A stretch of 61,937 nucleotides of DNA, the filler included, from Sluysia triapertura (taxonomy: Eukaryota): NCBI GenBank assembly GCA_046118255.1. It is 4 parts of 4 records of this genome, joined end to end, with 100 filler letters (N's around TTAATTAATTAA, not from the genome) between each part and the next. Parts side by side here need not be neighbours in the genome. Positions count along the whole stretch, not along the records: positions 31,511 to 42,895 come from JBJNIA010185291.1; positions 42,996 to 61,937 come from JBJNIA010108646.1; 2 more parts are not named here. One strand, written 5' to 3'. Shown here in pieces: positions 39,901-52,848 of this stretch. Numbering within the stretch: position 1 is the stretch's first letter; each line of letters starts with the position of its first letter. Both the position numbers and the translations under genes were made by a program. Below the pieces are notes generated by a model, which saw only the letters and a list, made by a program, of their open reading frames with translations, ran no database searches and was not told where the DNA came from.

Positions 39901-40859
39901 TATTGTACATATTAGTTATTCTTGAATAAATTATAAGTATGGTTGCTTGTCAGATTAAATGATAGCAGATCATAATAAATATTGCAATGACACAAGACTT
40001 ATTTTTCTGATTAACTAACCAATAAGTTTTACTTTAACAGTAAACTAATATAAAATAAACCTCAATAATATCTTTATCCCGAGAATATGTAGATATGATA
40101 CACTTATTTTATCCCAAATAGTATCTATTCAAATCAATCATATTATTTTAAACACCAAAACTAATACGCTCGTTTCAACCAATTAAAACAAAAATCAAAT
40201 TTAAAACCATTAAAAACACGTGCTTGCAATAGATCAATCAAAACCACGTAAACGAGCATGATCTTATAATTCTTTTCATATTTTTGAATTATTTTTTTGA
40301 ATTATTCAATTTAAAATGGAAGCATTGATTATTCCTAGTAAAATGTATATAAATTTATTCAAAAATTAAAATAAGTATCATTAAACAATAAGTCATTATA
40401 CATTTTAAAATGTAAATAAGCTACATAAGCTATAAATAAACGTTTAGACTACGTACACCTATTACGCTGTGAAAATCAACATTAAAACTAAATGATGGTT
40501 AATAATAATTATGATTGTAAAAATTCTTTTTGTAAATAATTTATAAGACTGTTCACTAAAGTACAAAATTAAAAAGAATGAGTCTTGTTGAGTAAATAAA
40601 ATCATAAACCAATAAGATTTTGTTTAGATATATATTTAAAATATTTGTTTTTATTTATATTTTAACAATTAAAAATAATTTTTTGCTTAATTATTATCAT
40701 TACTTAATTCAAAAAAATTTTGAATCAAAGTATCAATTCATCATATGCATAAATATTAAATTAATCAAATAACAACCAATTATAATTTAGAAAAATTAGA
40801 GAAACTAAGTTACGAACTTGAGTTAAAATAAAACAATTTTGAATTTAAATAAAGTAAAT

Positions 40860-41831
40860 AAAAGCGGGAAGTTAGTCAAACAACTATTTATTTTTACAAA
40901 GAATAATTTTTAAAGTTTTTTAAAGGTATATGTTATATTACACTCATAAATGCTCAAAATGTCGTCCATGCACTTCAGAGCAGCGTCTTCGCCTAGAAAT
41001 TCAAGCTCGTGTAGCGTTTTGAAGGGTAACTTGTGAGATATCGTTCCAAGCTCTTCCCAAGCTCGTTTTCAAATCATCGTCGACAATTCTGAAACTCAGT
41101 TAATAACAAGCTCCAAACGCAGTAATCCATGACATTTGGAGGACCAAACTTCCGATTCAATGAAATCAGAAGTAGATAGCTGCCATGTCGATATATTGAG
41201 ATGTCGAGCGGCTTCGAATTGACCGAAATGAAGTGTATTCATTGCACCGTGTCGCACAGGTGAAACAAGCAAATCTTTCACTGTGGCAAATTCGTTTCTT
41301 TGGACCTGTTCCTTTTTGGCGTGTACAAGCTGTTTCCGGACCTTCTCGTTTCAAAGTTTCAACATTATTAAACTGATGCTTCGTAATCGTTGAAAAAAAG
41401 TTGTCAGCCCCCAAGTCGGATTTTCACTTGTCTTTGAAAGTCTGAAAGCTGTTTCCTGTGTCCTTCCATGATTTTGGTATCAAATAGAACCTAAAACAAA
41501 TCAAAATAGAAATGAATAAACACGCACTTTATTCATGATCCCATCTGACCCTCAAATTTTCATAGATTACTGTGTTGGAGCTTGTTATTAACTGAACCTC
41601 AGAATTGTCACAAGACATGAACTTTATTGATAATTTGAAAACGAGCTTCGAACGATATCTCACAAGTTACCCTTCAAAACGAAACACGAGCTTGAATTTC
41701 TAGGTTAAGATGGTGTTCTGAAGTGCACGGATGAGATTTTGAGTAAGTGCAATATAACATATGTCTTTAAAAAACTTTATAAAAATAAATAGCTGTTTCT
41801 CTAATTTTCCGCTTTTCGAGCGACCACCCTG
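40860..41831. mobile_element. Tc1/mariner (maT-like) derivative with long inverted repeats made of the transposase 3' end
   Basis: About 280-bp inverted repeats at 40860-41142 and 41549-41816. The right end reads CCACCCTG|TA. The repeats encode MDYCVWSLL...LKTSLGRAWNDIS...C..VHGRHFEH. The centre encodes an HTH-like RQKGTGPKKR...AARHLNIS on the minus strand. Confidence 0.85.
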
Positions 41832-42233
41832 TATTATGGTAATAATTTTATAATTGTAATTGATTTCTCTATAATAGTTAATAAATAATTAATTGTAAGA
41901 ACTTTTATTTTTTCGATTTTATTTACATTTCGACTGGTTTTCAAAGAATTTACCAGCATAACTATGATGATTCAAAACGTTCTTACACCACTGTAAAAAT
42001 AATTACAATTTTATTATAAACAATGAATTTTTATTTGATTATTCGACATCCTGTCCTCTCATTTACACTTTCACACTTTTACACTGCAGTAATATTAATC
42101 ACATAATACTAAATTAAATTTATATTAAATATTAAGTTAAAATATTATCAAATATCTAAGTTTTATTTGCTAATTCTTTAATAATATTAGGTTTCTTCTG
42201 TATAAAAGCTAACAATTATGATTTTTCAAAATA

Positions 42234-42560
42234 ACGGGTTCGTCTGTATATTGCGCTTTATATCTGAGCAAAGACGCAACTACAGATGTTACTTAAAATC
42301 AAAGAAAAGCGAGGATCAGTATCTTATAAATAAGCAAATTCTTTAAATAGCCTTCTCTTTCTTTAAAAATCTTACTATATCTTAAAAATTAACAATTAAT
42401 TTAATATTTAAATGTTACTCAAAATTTTACTATCGACTGGGTATTTCTCTTTTAACGAGAAGTAAATAGTTTTACTTAAATTCTTAATATATTTGGCTCT
42501 AAAGTCTGTACTTTCAAATCTTAGTGCTAAATCTCTATCGTTAATGTTAGATCTCTTTAA
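42234..42560 (+). repeat. dispersed repeat beginning ACGGGTTCGYCTGTA...TTTATATCT (possible solo LTR)
   Basis: The same head occurs at 58196 (+) and 59052 (-). The 3' boundary is uncertain. Confidence 0.45.
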
Positions 42561-42995
42561 GTTATGCTACATACAAACAAAATTACAAAAAACACCAAAT
42601 TTCATTATACAAAAACTAACAAAAATTAAACAAATGATATATAATTGAAAATGATAAAAAATGATAAAATATATGATAATGTTGTTTTAAAAATAAAGAT
42701 TTTAAACTTTATTTGACATTAAAAATTTGTAATTTTAATTGAGCCAGGTATGATACTTGGCATTAATTTTAAAAAAGAGTTTACGTCTGATTTAAACACA
42801 AAGTTTATCAGTGTAAAAGCCTTAATAATTATCAACTTACGTATTTTCGGGTTTTCAATATATCTCAGTTTATAAATTTCTCGATCGTTGAATAANNNNN
42901 NNNNNNNNNNNNNNNNNNNNNNNNNNNNNNNNNNNNNNNTTAATTAATTAANNNNNNNNNNNNNNNNNNNNNNNNNNNNNNNNNNNNNNNNNNNN

Positions 42996-43411
42996 GAAAA
43001 AATTACAATTAATAATTAATCAAGCAGCAAGATTAATTCTCCAAGTTGGAAGAAGATCTCATATAACACCCTTTCTTAAAGAATTACATTGGTTGCCAAT
43101 AAACGCAAGAATTGAATTTAAAATTATGACAATAATTTACAAATGCTTACATTACGAAAATTGGAAACTAAGATGAATATTTCATTGAGACATGATAATA
43201 ATCTATACAGAATTCACAATGATAAAAACCTAGGTGATAGGTTGTATACTGTTTATGTCTCAAAAATATACAACCAGATACCAGAGAATGTCAAATTGCT
43301 TGAAGATTATGAAATATTTAAGAAAAAAGCAAAGTTCTTTCTGTTTCAGAAATATTATGATGAATGATTACCTTAAGCGCTTTTGAGTACTTTCACAGTA
43401 TATATGAGCAG

Positions 43412-43462
<51 letters not shown>
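42996..43462 (+). mobile_element. L2/CR1-group LINE ORF2 C-terminus, 3' UTR and (AAT)n
   Basis: KLQLIINQAARLILQVGRRSHITPFLKELHWLPINARIEFK...GDRLYTV...YNQIP...FKKKAKFFLF contains the HITPxLxxLHWLP motif typical of L2-type ORF2. Confidence 0.9.
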
Positions 43463-43463
<1 letters not shown>

Positions 43464-44879
43464 TATTATTATTTGTCAAATATCTGGAATTCGTTGTTTT
43501 GTTACTATTATTAAATCATTATTAATTTAATGTAGTAATTTCTGGAACCTCAATCATTATAAACTAAAAACCAATTTTAACCTATTTTAACACTTATTGT
43601 AAGTATAGATATTTAATGTAATCGCATATTTGATATATATAAGTTGACTTTTGATTTTACATCCTGTGTAAGACTCAGATCACAGGGAATTCACTAATAT
43701 AAATTAAAAACAAATCTTGATTGTACATTTTGCATGTAGAACCACAACATTATTTTTAATATTACTATTATTATTTCTAAGCAATATGAACAATACCAAT
43801 ATTGATATTTTGTTTACGTAAAGATCTTTAGATTTCTTTAAAAAAATGTGCAATTCTTTATTTTTATTTTCTTCGATTTTTTAAAATGAGCGCCAAAATT
43901 CGTTTTTTATTTTTAATTTCATTTTATAAACACAATAATACTGTCTCTGTCCAGAAATAAATGTCAGACTTCTTTAAAATTAATATTTTGAAAATTTATC
44001 AATATAAATCGTCCAATAACATTTAATTATATATTTTATTGAAATGTAACTACTTTTAGGAGTCATATGAGTCATTTAACTGGACTGGTCGTGTCTTGTA
44101 CATTTCATAAAGCCTAAAATCAAAATTTGTGGAAAGCGAAAATTTACAAAATCTTTATGAATGGTCTTTTTCATATGATTCACTTTGTAGTTCTTACCTT
44201 CATTTTCTTTCGTGGTTTCACTCGTACAGAACTCGTGAAAAAGAAAAACCTTATTCAAATCCAATTCGGAAAAATCGTATATTCGAAAACTTATAAAACC
44301 TACATCATGTTTCAGTTAAATAACAGTTAACTATTAAAAGCAAAACCGTTTTTTCTTAGTTTTTGAAAAACAATCGAAGGAATAACCGTTTCAAGTTAGA
44401 TGACAAACATTTTCTATAAAATTTATTAGTTCTATCATTACTTTTCTAACAAATTACTAATTACTAATATTTTAGTAATAAATTTATATTTAAAAATCAA
44501 TAATTTATTTCAGATTGATTAAAGCATATTAAATTATGCAACTGTTTAAAATCAATTATTGAAATTATCGACAATAACTGGTTACAAAATTGTAACTTAA
44601 ACAACGACAACAACAACAATTATAACATTATATTATTTGTTTTTTTCCATTTATGTAAAAGTAAAACAAGATAAAATTCAATGATAATATATTTTATTTG
44701 TTATTTAGATTTATTTTGTTTAAAAACTGAGTGCCATTGTTTTATCAATATTTAGTTAACAATAAAATGATATACAAAATTAATTAAAGTATTTTATAAA
44801 AATTATAAATGATCAAAAAATAATTCAACAAAAATTTCATTTGAAATATCGAATCAACTAAATTATGGTTTTATAAAAA

Positions 44880-47200
44880 TAAAATCTATAAAATCCATCG
44901 TTTTCTAAAAGTGCAACTGTTGCTACAGGGGTAGTGAACCTAGACTAATAAGAGATCAAAGAATATCATATTAAATCCACGAATTTATATTTTATTAAAT
45001 ATTTCAAATGAATCAAGTCTTAATTAATTTTCCAAAATGATACCCTTACTTTGAGAAAAATGCTTCATATCGATATAAACAGCCACATCAAGGGTTTCTC
45101 GTCGCAGTACCATTATAACATTTGTAATTATAAACGAAAAATTATTTGTTCATCTCATGATTACTCACGAATCACTGACTGAAACAAGTAATACTTTAAG
45201 GAAGCAAAATCTGGACCGATTTTGGAAATAGCTCAAATTCATCAAAATCTTTTAATAATTTCACGTTGCTTTTGAATTTGTAAGATTTTGAATTATTTTT
45301 TGAAATAAAACTTTATTTATGTCGACAAATTCTGAATAAATTCATTAATTCAGATTAGATTCGATAGAATAACCATCAGAAATCAATTAAAAGAGAACTA
45401 TACTTTCAAAATTCCAACGAAGACAAATTAACTAATCTTTTCTTTGTCTAATTATTATTTTTAAACTTCTTTGTTAATAATTCTTTCAAAAAATCTTATA
45501 TTATTAGGATATTCCAACTGTAATCTTTTTCTTTGACTTTTCATCTAAATGACGTGGCTTTTCCTTCAATATTTTCAAACTCTGAAATACACTCAATTGA
45601 TAATCGTGAAGTTCACTTTGAATTGAATTGGTCATTCTTTGTTTTTAATAACCTAATATCCATTATTAAATCTTATATACCTCATGTAATCTTAAATAAA
45701 ATTGTTGATGTGACTCCTTTTCTATAATAATGCTGGAACAAGTCATTTATTACATTTTAATCACCATTTTATTAATATTCAAATTAAATAAATGTAAGCA
45801 AAAATGTAGCACGTCATATTTAAAATGACATACTTTTTTCAATAAAAGGTAGATATTTTTCGCATATAAAAGTAGATTTACATCATAAATCCATTTGAAG
45901 CTATTATGCAGTAATTATTGTGGTAAAGCCCAACCATGTAAATTATTAATATCTATGTACAATAAAATAGTATTATTAAACTACTACAATAAGCTGATAT
46001 CAGATGGACTGACACCATTTTTGAAAAAACTGAACGTATCACGATCAGTTAAAACCAATAAATCATCATCTTTTGATTTAAGTGCTGATACTAAACTTAA
46101 ACCAGGTAATGATAAAAAGTTAACGGGATCTAAATGATCTTTATTTATAGCTGTTTCCCTAAATTATTTGAAAGTATTAGCCAATAAATATGTGTCTAAT
46201 TTTTTAAATCTGACTTATTAAAATCGTCTTCAATTATTTCATTATTCCACTTTGGTGATAATTATTTAATATACATAGTGAAACAGCTACATGATATGGA
46301 AAAATATCTTTTGCTTTTGCTACACTATTTGAAAATACTTAACTAAATACCGTGATAAAAAAATTTGCTGAGCTACTTGGTAAAAATGAAAACTATCTAT
46401 AAATTGAATTGAAAAATTTTTAATGATCAATTATAAGCAAAAAAGCTTCAAACTTTTCTAAATTTTAAAAATTATTATACAAATTATTTCGCCAATGTTT
46501 TAATTCACCCAAATACATATTTTAATATATGATAAATGATGAATTTTCTACTTAAATTACATTTTTTACAAAATTTTCCTAAATACTTACCAATAAACGG
46601 TCATGATCTTTAGCAAGTTTGTTGCTGGTTTTAACATACTTAATTTGATTTTGAATTATTAAATTGAAATTGTTAGTAGCTAATTAAATTCATTTCTTTT
46701 TTATCATGGTAATAAGGCAAGTTCTTCAATTTTATTTAAAAAAACCGTAGCATTCCATTTGTGGCCGCACTAATAATAAACTTGCAGGTAACGGCTTATT
46801 GTCATTGTTAACATTCAAAATCTGCATAAATAAATTTACAGTAAATTCACATTTATTATCAATTGTATTTCCTTCAAGATTTTTACTATATAACTTAATT
46901 TGATTATTAAATGGGATATCAGTCCTAGATACTCTTATAAACTTTGTACCTTATTTCTAAAATGTTCTTCAAGCCTACATTAAGAAATTTATTTAAGTCC
47001 TTTGTGGCTATATAATGGAAAGTATTTCGTCCTCCAATAATAATAAATTAATAATTATTTCACTATTACACTTACTTCTACATAATATATCAATAAATAG
47101 ATTTTTAAAAACATCCTCAATATCATGGATATTATATTCATCAATATCATTATATTTAAAGGCATAATACATTTTCATCCAATTAAAGTCAGTCTCCATA
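44880..47200 (-). mobile_element. fossil protein-primed DNA polymerase B (Maverick/Polinton-like)
   Basis: Motifs in the expected order: KDHDR/GKYLGKFCKKCNL (EndoVII-like), IQFIDSFHF, KDIFPY, LDTYLLAN, LDPVNFLSLPGLS..ALK, LLYIDINNLHGWAL...FKW. Many stops and frameshifts. Confidence 0.85.
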
Positions 47201-49628
47201 ATTTAGTAAATAATCTGAAAATAATTAATTATATATAAATAAAAATATACGTTTTGCTATTTTACTTAAATTATATTTGTCATATATGCCATAGTTTTCT
47301 TAACCTACGGCAAAATAAAATTGAGAAGAGTCCGGTTTCAGTAAAAGACTTATGACATGGAGCATAAAATAATCGTAATTTATGTGAAATTTTAGTTTAC
47401 TATTTATTACTTTTGTAATTATTCTCACTTTTTTATATTAATAGCACAGTATAATCCATAGATCTTTTATACAATTTTACAAATACCTTACTATCAAATT
47501 TAAAATTATTTTACTTTCAATTTACTAAATAAAACCTTGAAATTTTATTACTAAATATAACAGAGGATTATATCAGAAATTCAGAACTATAGTAAATTAT
47601 ATTTTATTATTAAAACCTTTTCAGGCATTTAATTTTTATTCTTTTAATTTTAGCTATGAATTTTTCCCTCATTAAATAAGGTTAGAAAATGAATTATAAA
47701 AAGATTTTGAATATTTTATTATTTTTTTTATTATTTTATTATTTTGACTACGAACTTATGAAAAATTAACTTATTAATTTGAATCTTTAAAATGAATGTC
47801 GAAAAAGTCCTCAAACGAATTGCTAAAACTAAATGTTTGAATCACATTACTTTGTCTTATAAAATTGCTTCGTCGTGTGATCATTAAATTATGTTATTAA
47901 ATTGTGATACCAGATTATATACTAGCCATCATTCAATCATTCATTCTAGAATTTTCGATTTTAGAAAACAATTTTATTTTTTCGAAAATTAACATTATTT
48001 TTGTATTTTTTAAGAGTTGCATTTTTTAAAATGGTTGTGAAAACAACCTAATAAATGCAAGTCCTCCTATATTTTTCACGCCTTCTTGTATTTCGTTTAA
48101 ATTGTTCTTTTTGTGTTAATTGGATAATAATTTTTAATTTTTTCCTACCACCTTAGCGAAATGCACAACAACTTTACGACTAGCAGAAAAACTTCAGATT
48201 CAAACATGCATTGATTACCAAGCTTAGTTGAAGGCTTGTATAAATTAATTTATTCGTCCATTTGAATGCGACTGTGCATGAGTGTTAGTCAGTCAATTTG
48301 GATTCTGAGTGGAAATTAAATATATTCTATTGGTAACTTATACCCCACAATACTGAATTTACCATTTACAAAAATAATTTATATTTGCCAGCACAACTAA
48401 AAAAGTGACGCAATGATTTCTTTGTGCATACTTATACTCATAAATTTTAGAAAAGACTAAACACTTTTTCTCTTTATGTTCAAATTAAGCGCGCAATTAA
48501 ACCAGGCACACCCTCTACACTATTTCTACCTACTCATAATCGATTATTTATCTTTACTACAATTTATATCAATATTTCTCACAAAACTTTCCAAATTAAC
48601 CTTCGGATAATGTTAAAAGCGTGGCTTCAAATTTTTAATTAAATCCATAACGTAATTTTTCATATACTTATTAAATATTTAATTTTTTCGTTTAAAATAT
48701 TTTCAAAGAAAAGGAAAGTTTAATAATTAATTTATAAATTTTGTAAAATAATTAATAATCAATGATAATTATAATTAATGATTGGAAGTAAAATTAATCA
48801 TCTTGTATAAATAATTTTAACGGTTTTATTAATGATAAAACTTATTGGTAATATTAAAAACAATAAAATGTTAAACAATGAAATTTTTACATTGTTACTT
48901 TTATATTTTTAATGAAATTTTTCTGAAATATTTAAAGCGAATGAAGTATTAAATTATTGTATTAATTCTTGAAAAATAATCATTTGCATAATTAACATTT
49001 TAAACAACTTTTAATTAAATTGCATAAAATCTTTGAAATTTATTTACATTTTTCAAGAAAAATAATTTATTGTTTACAATTATTTTTTAATTTAATTATT
49101 TTGCATAAATAATATTGAATACAATTTAATAATATTTAACACAATGGCCATTAACTCCGATAAGGCTTCCTTTTTCATTAACATTTAAGGATCTTACTTA
49201 TTTTTAACCACCTTGAACACTTCTTTTTGTTCTAATTTTTTGAAGATTCCTTTTAATGCTTGCAACTGTGTATTCATTTAAAAATTTGCCAAAAACATAA
49301 AAATAGAAAGTAATTTTAATAACTAAAGTACTAAAAAAAATACTAAAATCATTCTAAGATCTCCATTTATAATACATTTTTCTTTCTTCACTCAATAAAA
49401 CATTTAAATTATTTTTTAATTTAAATTAAAACCAAGTATAAATTTGATATTTGTTATTTTTAACCTTTTGAATAATATGAACTCAGATAAGTAAGCTTAT
49501 CATTATTTAGTGACAAATTATTTGCACTTCTGCTCCAGTCATACAGTATAGATTAAATTAACTCAACACAAACAAAGTTATTCTGTTAGTTAACTTAAAT
49601 ATTTTATTTTCAATTGTTATTTTATAAC

Positions 49629-49988
49629 CTGCTATTGATAAATATTGTTTTTGGTGGAACTTTTTCTCCAACTGGATCAGCTGTTGAGTTGTGAACGGTG
49701 TTCTGGGTTTTCTGTTTGGTTTGTGTTTTCTGAGAGAACATTTCGTAGGACCATTTCTTAGTGATGAAGCGTTATGAAATGATGATAGAGGGCTTGTAGC
49801 ACAGGGATGTTGGTTGTATGATGTGTTTGTTGTGATAATGTTATTAACTGTAGAAGTATTATCTATTTGAGTTCTAAAAGAAACGGTATTTGAAGTATTC
49901 GTAGAATTTGTTGTTGTAGCTGTTGCAGGAGAGAGAGAAACAAGATTTGAACCACGAGAATATTTTGCAAGATATGCTGACAAATTAT
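49629..49988 (-). CDS. Msx: Msx/msh homeobox gene, exon carrying homeodomain residues 1-29
   Basis: [37 protein letters not shown] is diagnostic of Msx. Phase-1 TTTAG acceptor, and a G|GTTAT donor within codon 30. Confidence 0.95.
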
Positions 49989-51835
49989 CTAAACATACAT
50001 TATAGATTTAATCAAAGTGTGAGAAGAATTTTACAATAATTTTAAAATCATATTTTATGGAAATAATTTTAAATTAACATAAAAATAATTTTAAAATAAA
50101 AAAGTAATAATTCTTAATCAGTAACTCAAGAATAAATATATTCTAAAAAATAAAAGAAATAATAAAAAGCTTACTATTTTTACTTAGTTTTAAAGCTTAC
50201 TTAAAGGAAAAACACCATAAAAGTAAGATACATAAATTAGAGGAAAAAATTTCATAATACTAGTATAATCAAATTTTGTTCTTAGTATAATTCACTAAAT
50301 ATCGACCAAGAGTGTAATCGTTATGTTTTATTTAACTATAACTTAATTTTTTATATGTTACGTTTCGTTGTGTTTTAAATAACACCCTATAGTCTCAATC
50401 AAAAAGGGTTTTTTAATTTTGCAACGAGCATTTTAAATATCCTCTCAAAATCTATTATAAAATCTAGCTAGAATATTTAAAGCTAATAGCCTATAAATAT
50501 ATAAATTGATATTTCATAATATTTCTTAATACATGCACTATACACTATTTCTAAGTGCATAATACTGAAATTTATCTTGTTATTTTGTTGGTACATTCAT
50601 TTCAATACGTAAAACAGAGCCCTTTTGAAACTATCATCTTAAACAGATGATTAATTTTCAGGGAATTATAAAGGTATTTTATTTTTAAATAGGTGTATAA
50701 ACTCAGTCATCAATTTATTATATTAACATTAAGCGCCAAGACATTTTAGAATATTACTTGATGAGGACAATATTAACTGTACTCCGATTTGTCGTAAGCG
50801 AACTCAATTAAGTTTCAATTTCATTTATGATAAGCGTTTTCCTTTTAAGTAGAAAACCACATCAGAGTATACAGATTTGAGATTCAAAATGAATTAGTAA
50901 AATTTTCTTCAACAAATAAGTGGATTCAACCTCTACGTTAAATTTCACACCAACGATCTGATTATATGCAATAAGCAAACTAACTAATCAAAGAAAGTAT
51001 AACATAAAGTTTAAAACTAGATATTCTAGAAAGTAACTGTTATTAGAAATTACTGAACACAATTTTCAAATAATAATTATTATTTTTATAATAATAATAA
51101 TAATAATAATAATAATTTTTCTAATACTTAACCCTACGGCAAAATATTTTTGAGTAAGAAAAGACTTATTGTAACTTCATACATTAATAAACACTTTAAA
51201 TTTAATCTTAAAAATTCGGAACTACTAATCAATTTAATGCTTATTATAAATTACTAAGTGTATTTCCTCAATACTTACGTAATATATTTATTAAGAGTAA
51301 TTACTGCAACTGATAATTAATTCAGAAACTTCATTATACAAATTCTAATAAAATTATACAATTATTGATTTATAAAATAAGAGTAAGAGAAAATATAAAA
51401 AAGTTTTAAATATTGCAATTAAAGCTATTTTAGTCTTTGATTTATAGCAATAATTTATATTGGCTGTATTTTACCTCTCAGTATATCTTGGATACTTAAT
51501 TTTTCTTTAAGAAATGAAGTTTAAATGCATTTTAAAATTAGTATCACCTTAAAAACAGAATTTGCATTATACATGAAAATCGGTGCCCAAATTTTCTGAG
51601 AGTGTCTTCCAAATTGATGGAAATGAAAAATCCAAAATGGCTGACAATAATTTTTTTACAATGGCGATTTACAATGCTGACGCTAGAATATTCTAGAACA
51701 TTCCAGAAGCTTCTTCTACTATTTTTTAGAAGCGAATTTTCTTTTTTCGAAAAGTAATTTCTTTTTTGGAAAATAAACATTTTAAGTGATTTTTAAGACT
51801 TATAAATAATTTTAAAGCATTTCATCATTATTAAC

Positions 51836-51888
<53 letters not shown>

Positions 51889-52407
51889 TTTTAACCTTTA
51901 AAATTACATAATTCATAACATTTTCAAAACGAATTAAAAAATATTCAAATAATCTTAAATAAAATATATCGTGTCATTTGAGATCTATTTAAAGGGGTTA
52001 ATATTTCAGACTAGTTAAATAATTTTCTTTTATTAGTCGAAATAGAATATAAAATTGATTTTATAAAAAAACAACATTAAAATCCGATCAAGTCGATTAT
52101 CTGAAACATAAAATTGACAAATACAATAAGAATGCTTAGTATGTAACGTACAATCTGAAAGAAATATCTGTCAACAAAACTTAGAATTTTTAAATTTTTA
52201 AATCAATTTTATCATAAATTAAATAAGTACAAGGAAAAAAACAATTTTAATTAATATTTTTCATTTAGATTTTATTTAATTTTTTGCCTATTAATTATAA
52301 AATTATAAAAAAATCAATTTTACAAATATTATCAAAATAAAAAGATTACAATAATAATTGATTTATGAAAATGTTTTTAAAAAATAATATTTCTAATTAA
52401 TATTTAA

Positions 52408-52612
52408 CCCTTTGCGGTCCTATTTTATTTACATTGAATCCTCTACAGGTCCTATTTAATTCCACAATTAAACGCATGACTCAAAAAATATATTCAAATC
52501 GAATTTAAATTATTTATTTATTAATTTTAATTACGTTTGTATTATATTTATGTATTTATGTAATATTTATAAATTACAATGTTGGACTGCCCCGGCAGTG
52601 GACTGCAAAGGG
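52408..52612. mobile_element. piggyBac-type MITE in Msx intron 1
   Basis: TTAA|CCCTTTGCGGTCC ... GGACTGCAAAGGG|TTAA (12/13 TIR match, TTAA TSD). Confidence 0.9.
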
Positions 52613-52848
52613 TTAAATACTAACATAAAAAATTAATTTTAATAAATATTTTTATGATTTGTTTCCAGTGGATTTCCTAGGAAACGTAATGCAAAATGGT
52701 TTGTTTAGAATTTTGAAAATCAATAAAACATAATTATTTGATGTTAATAAATAAAACACAGAAAACTTAATATCAGATAATGCTCTACGTTTTGTCAAAC
52801 AATATTGTTTCATAAATTCCAATATAAGATTTGAAGATTTAACTATGA

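Noticed and set aside
45895-46137. Plus-strand 80-aa ORF (also 61519-61845 minus and 34943-35275 plus)
   Set aside because: These are antisense shadows of pPolB, gag and a host exon respectively.
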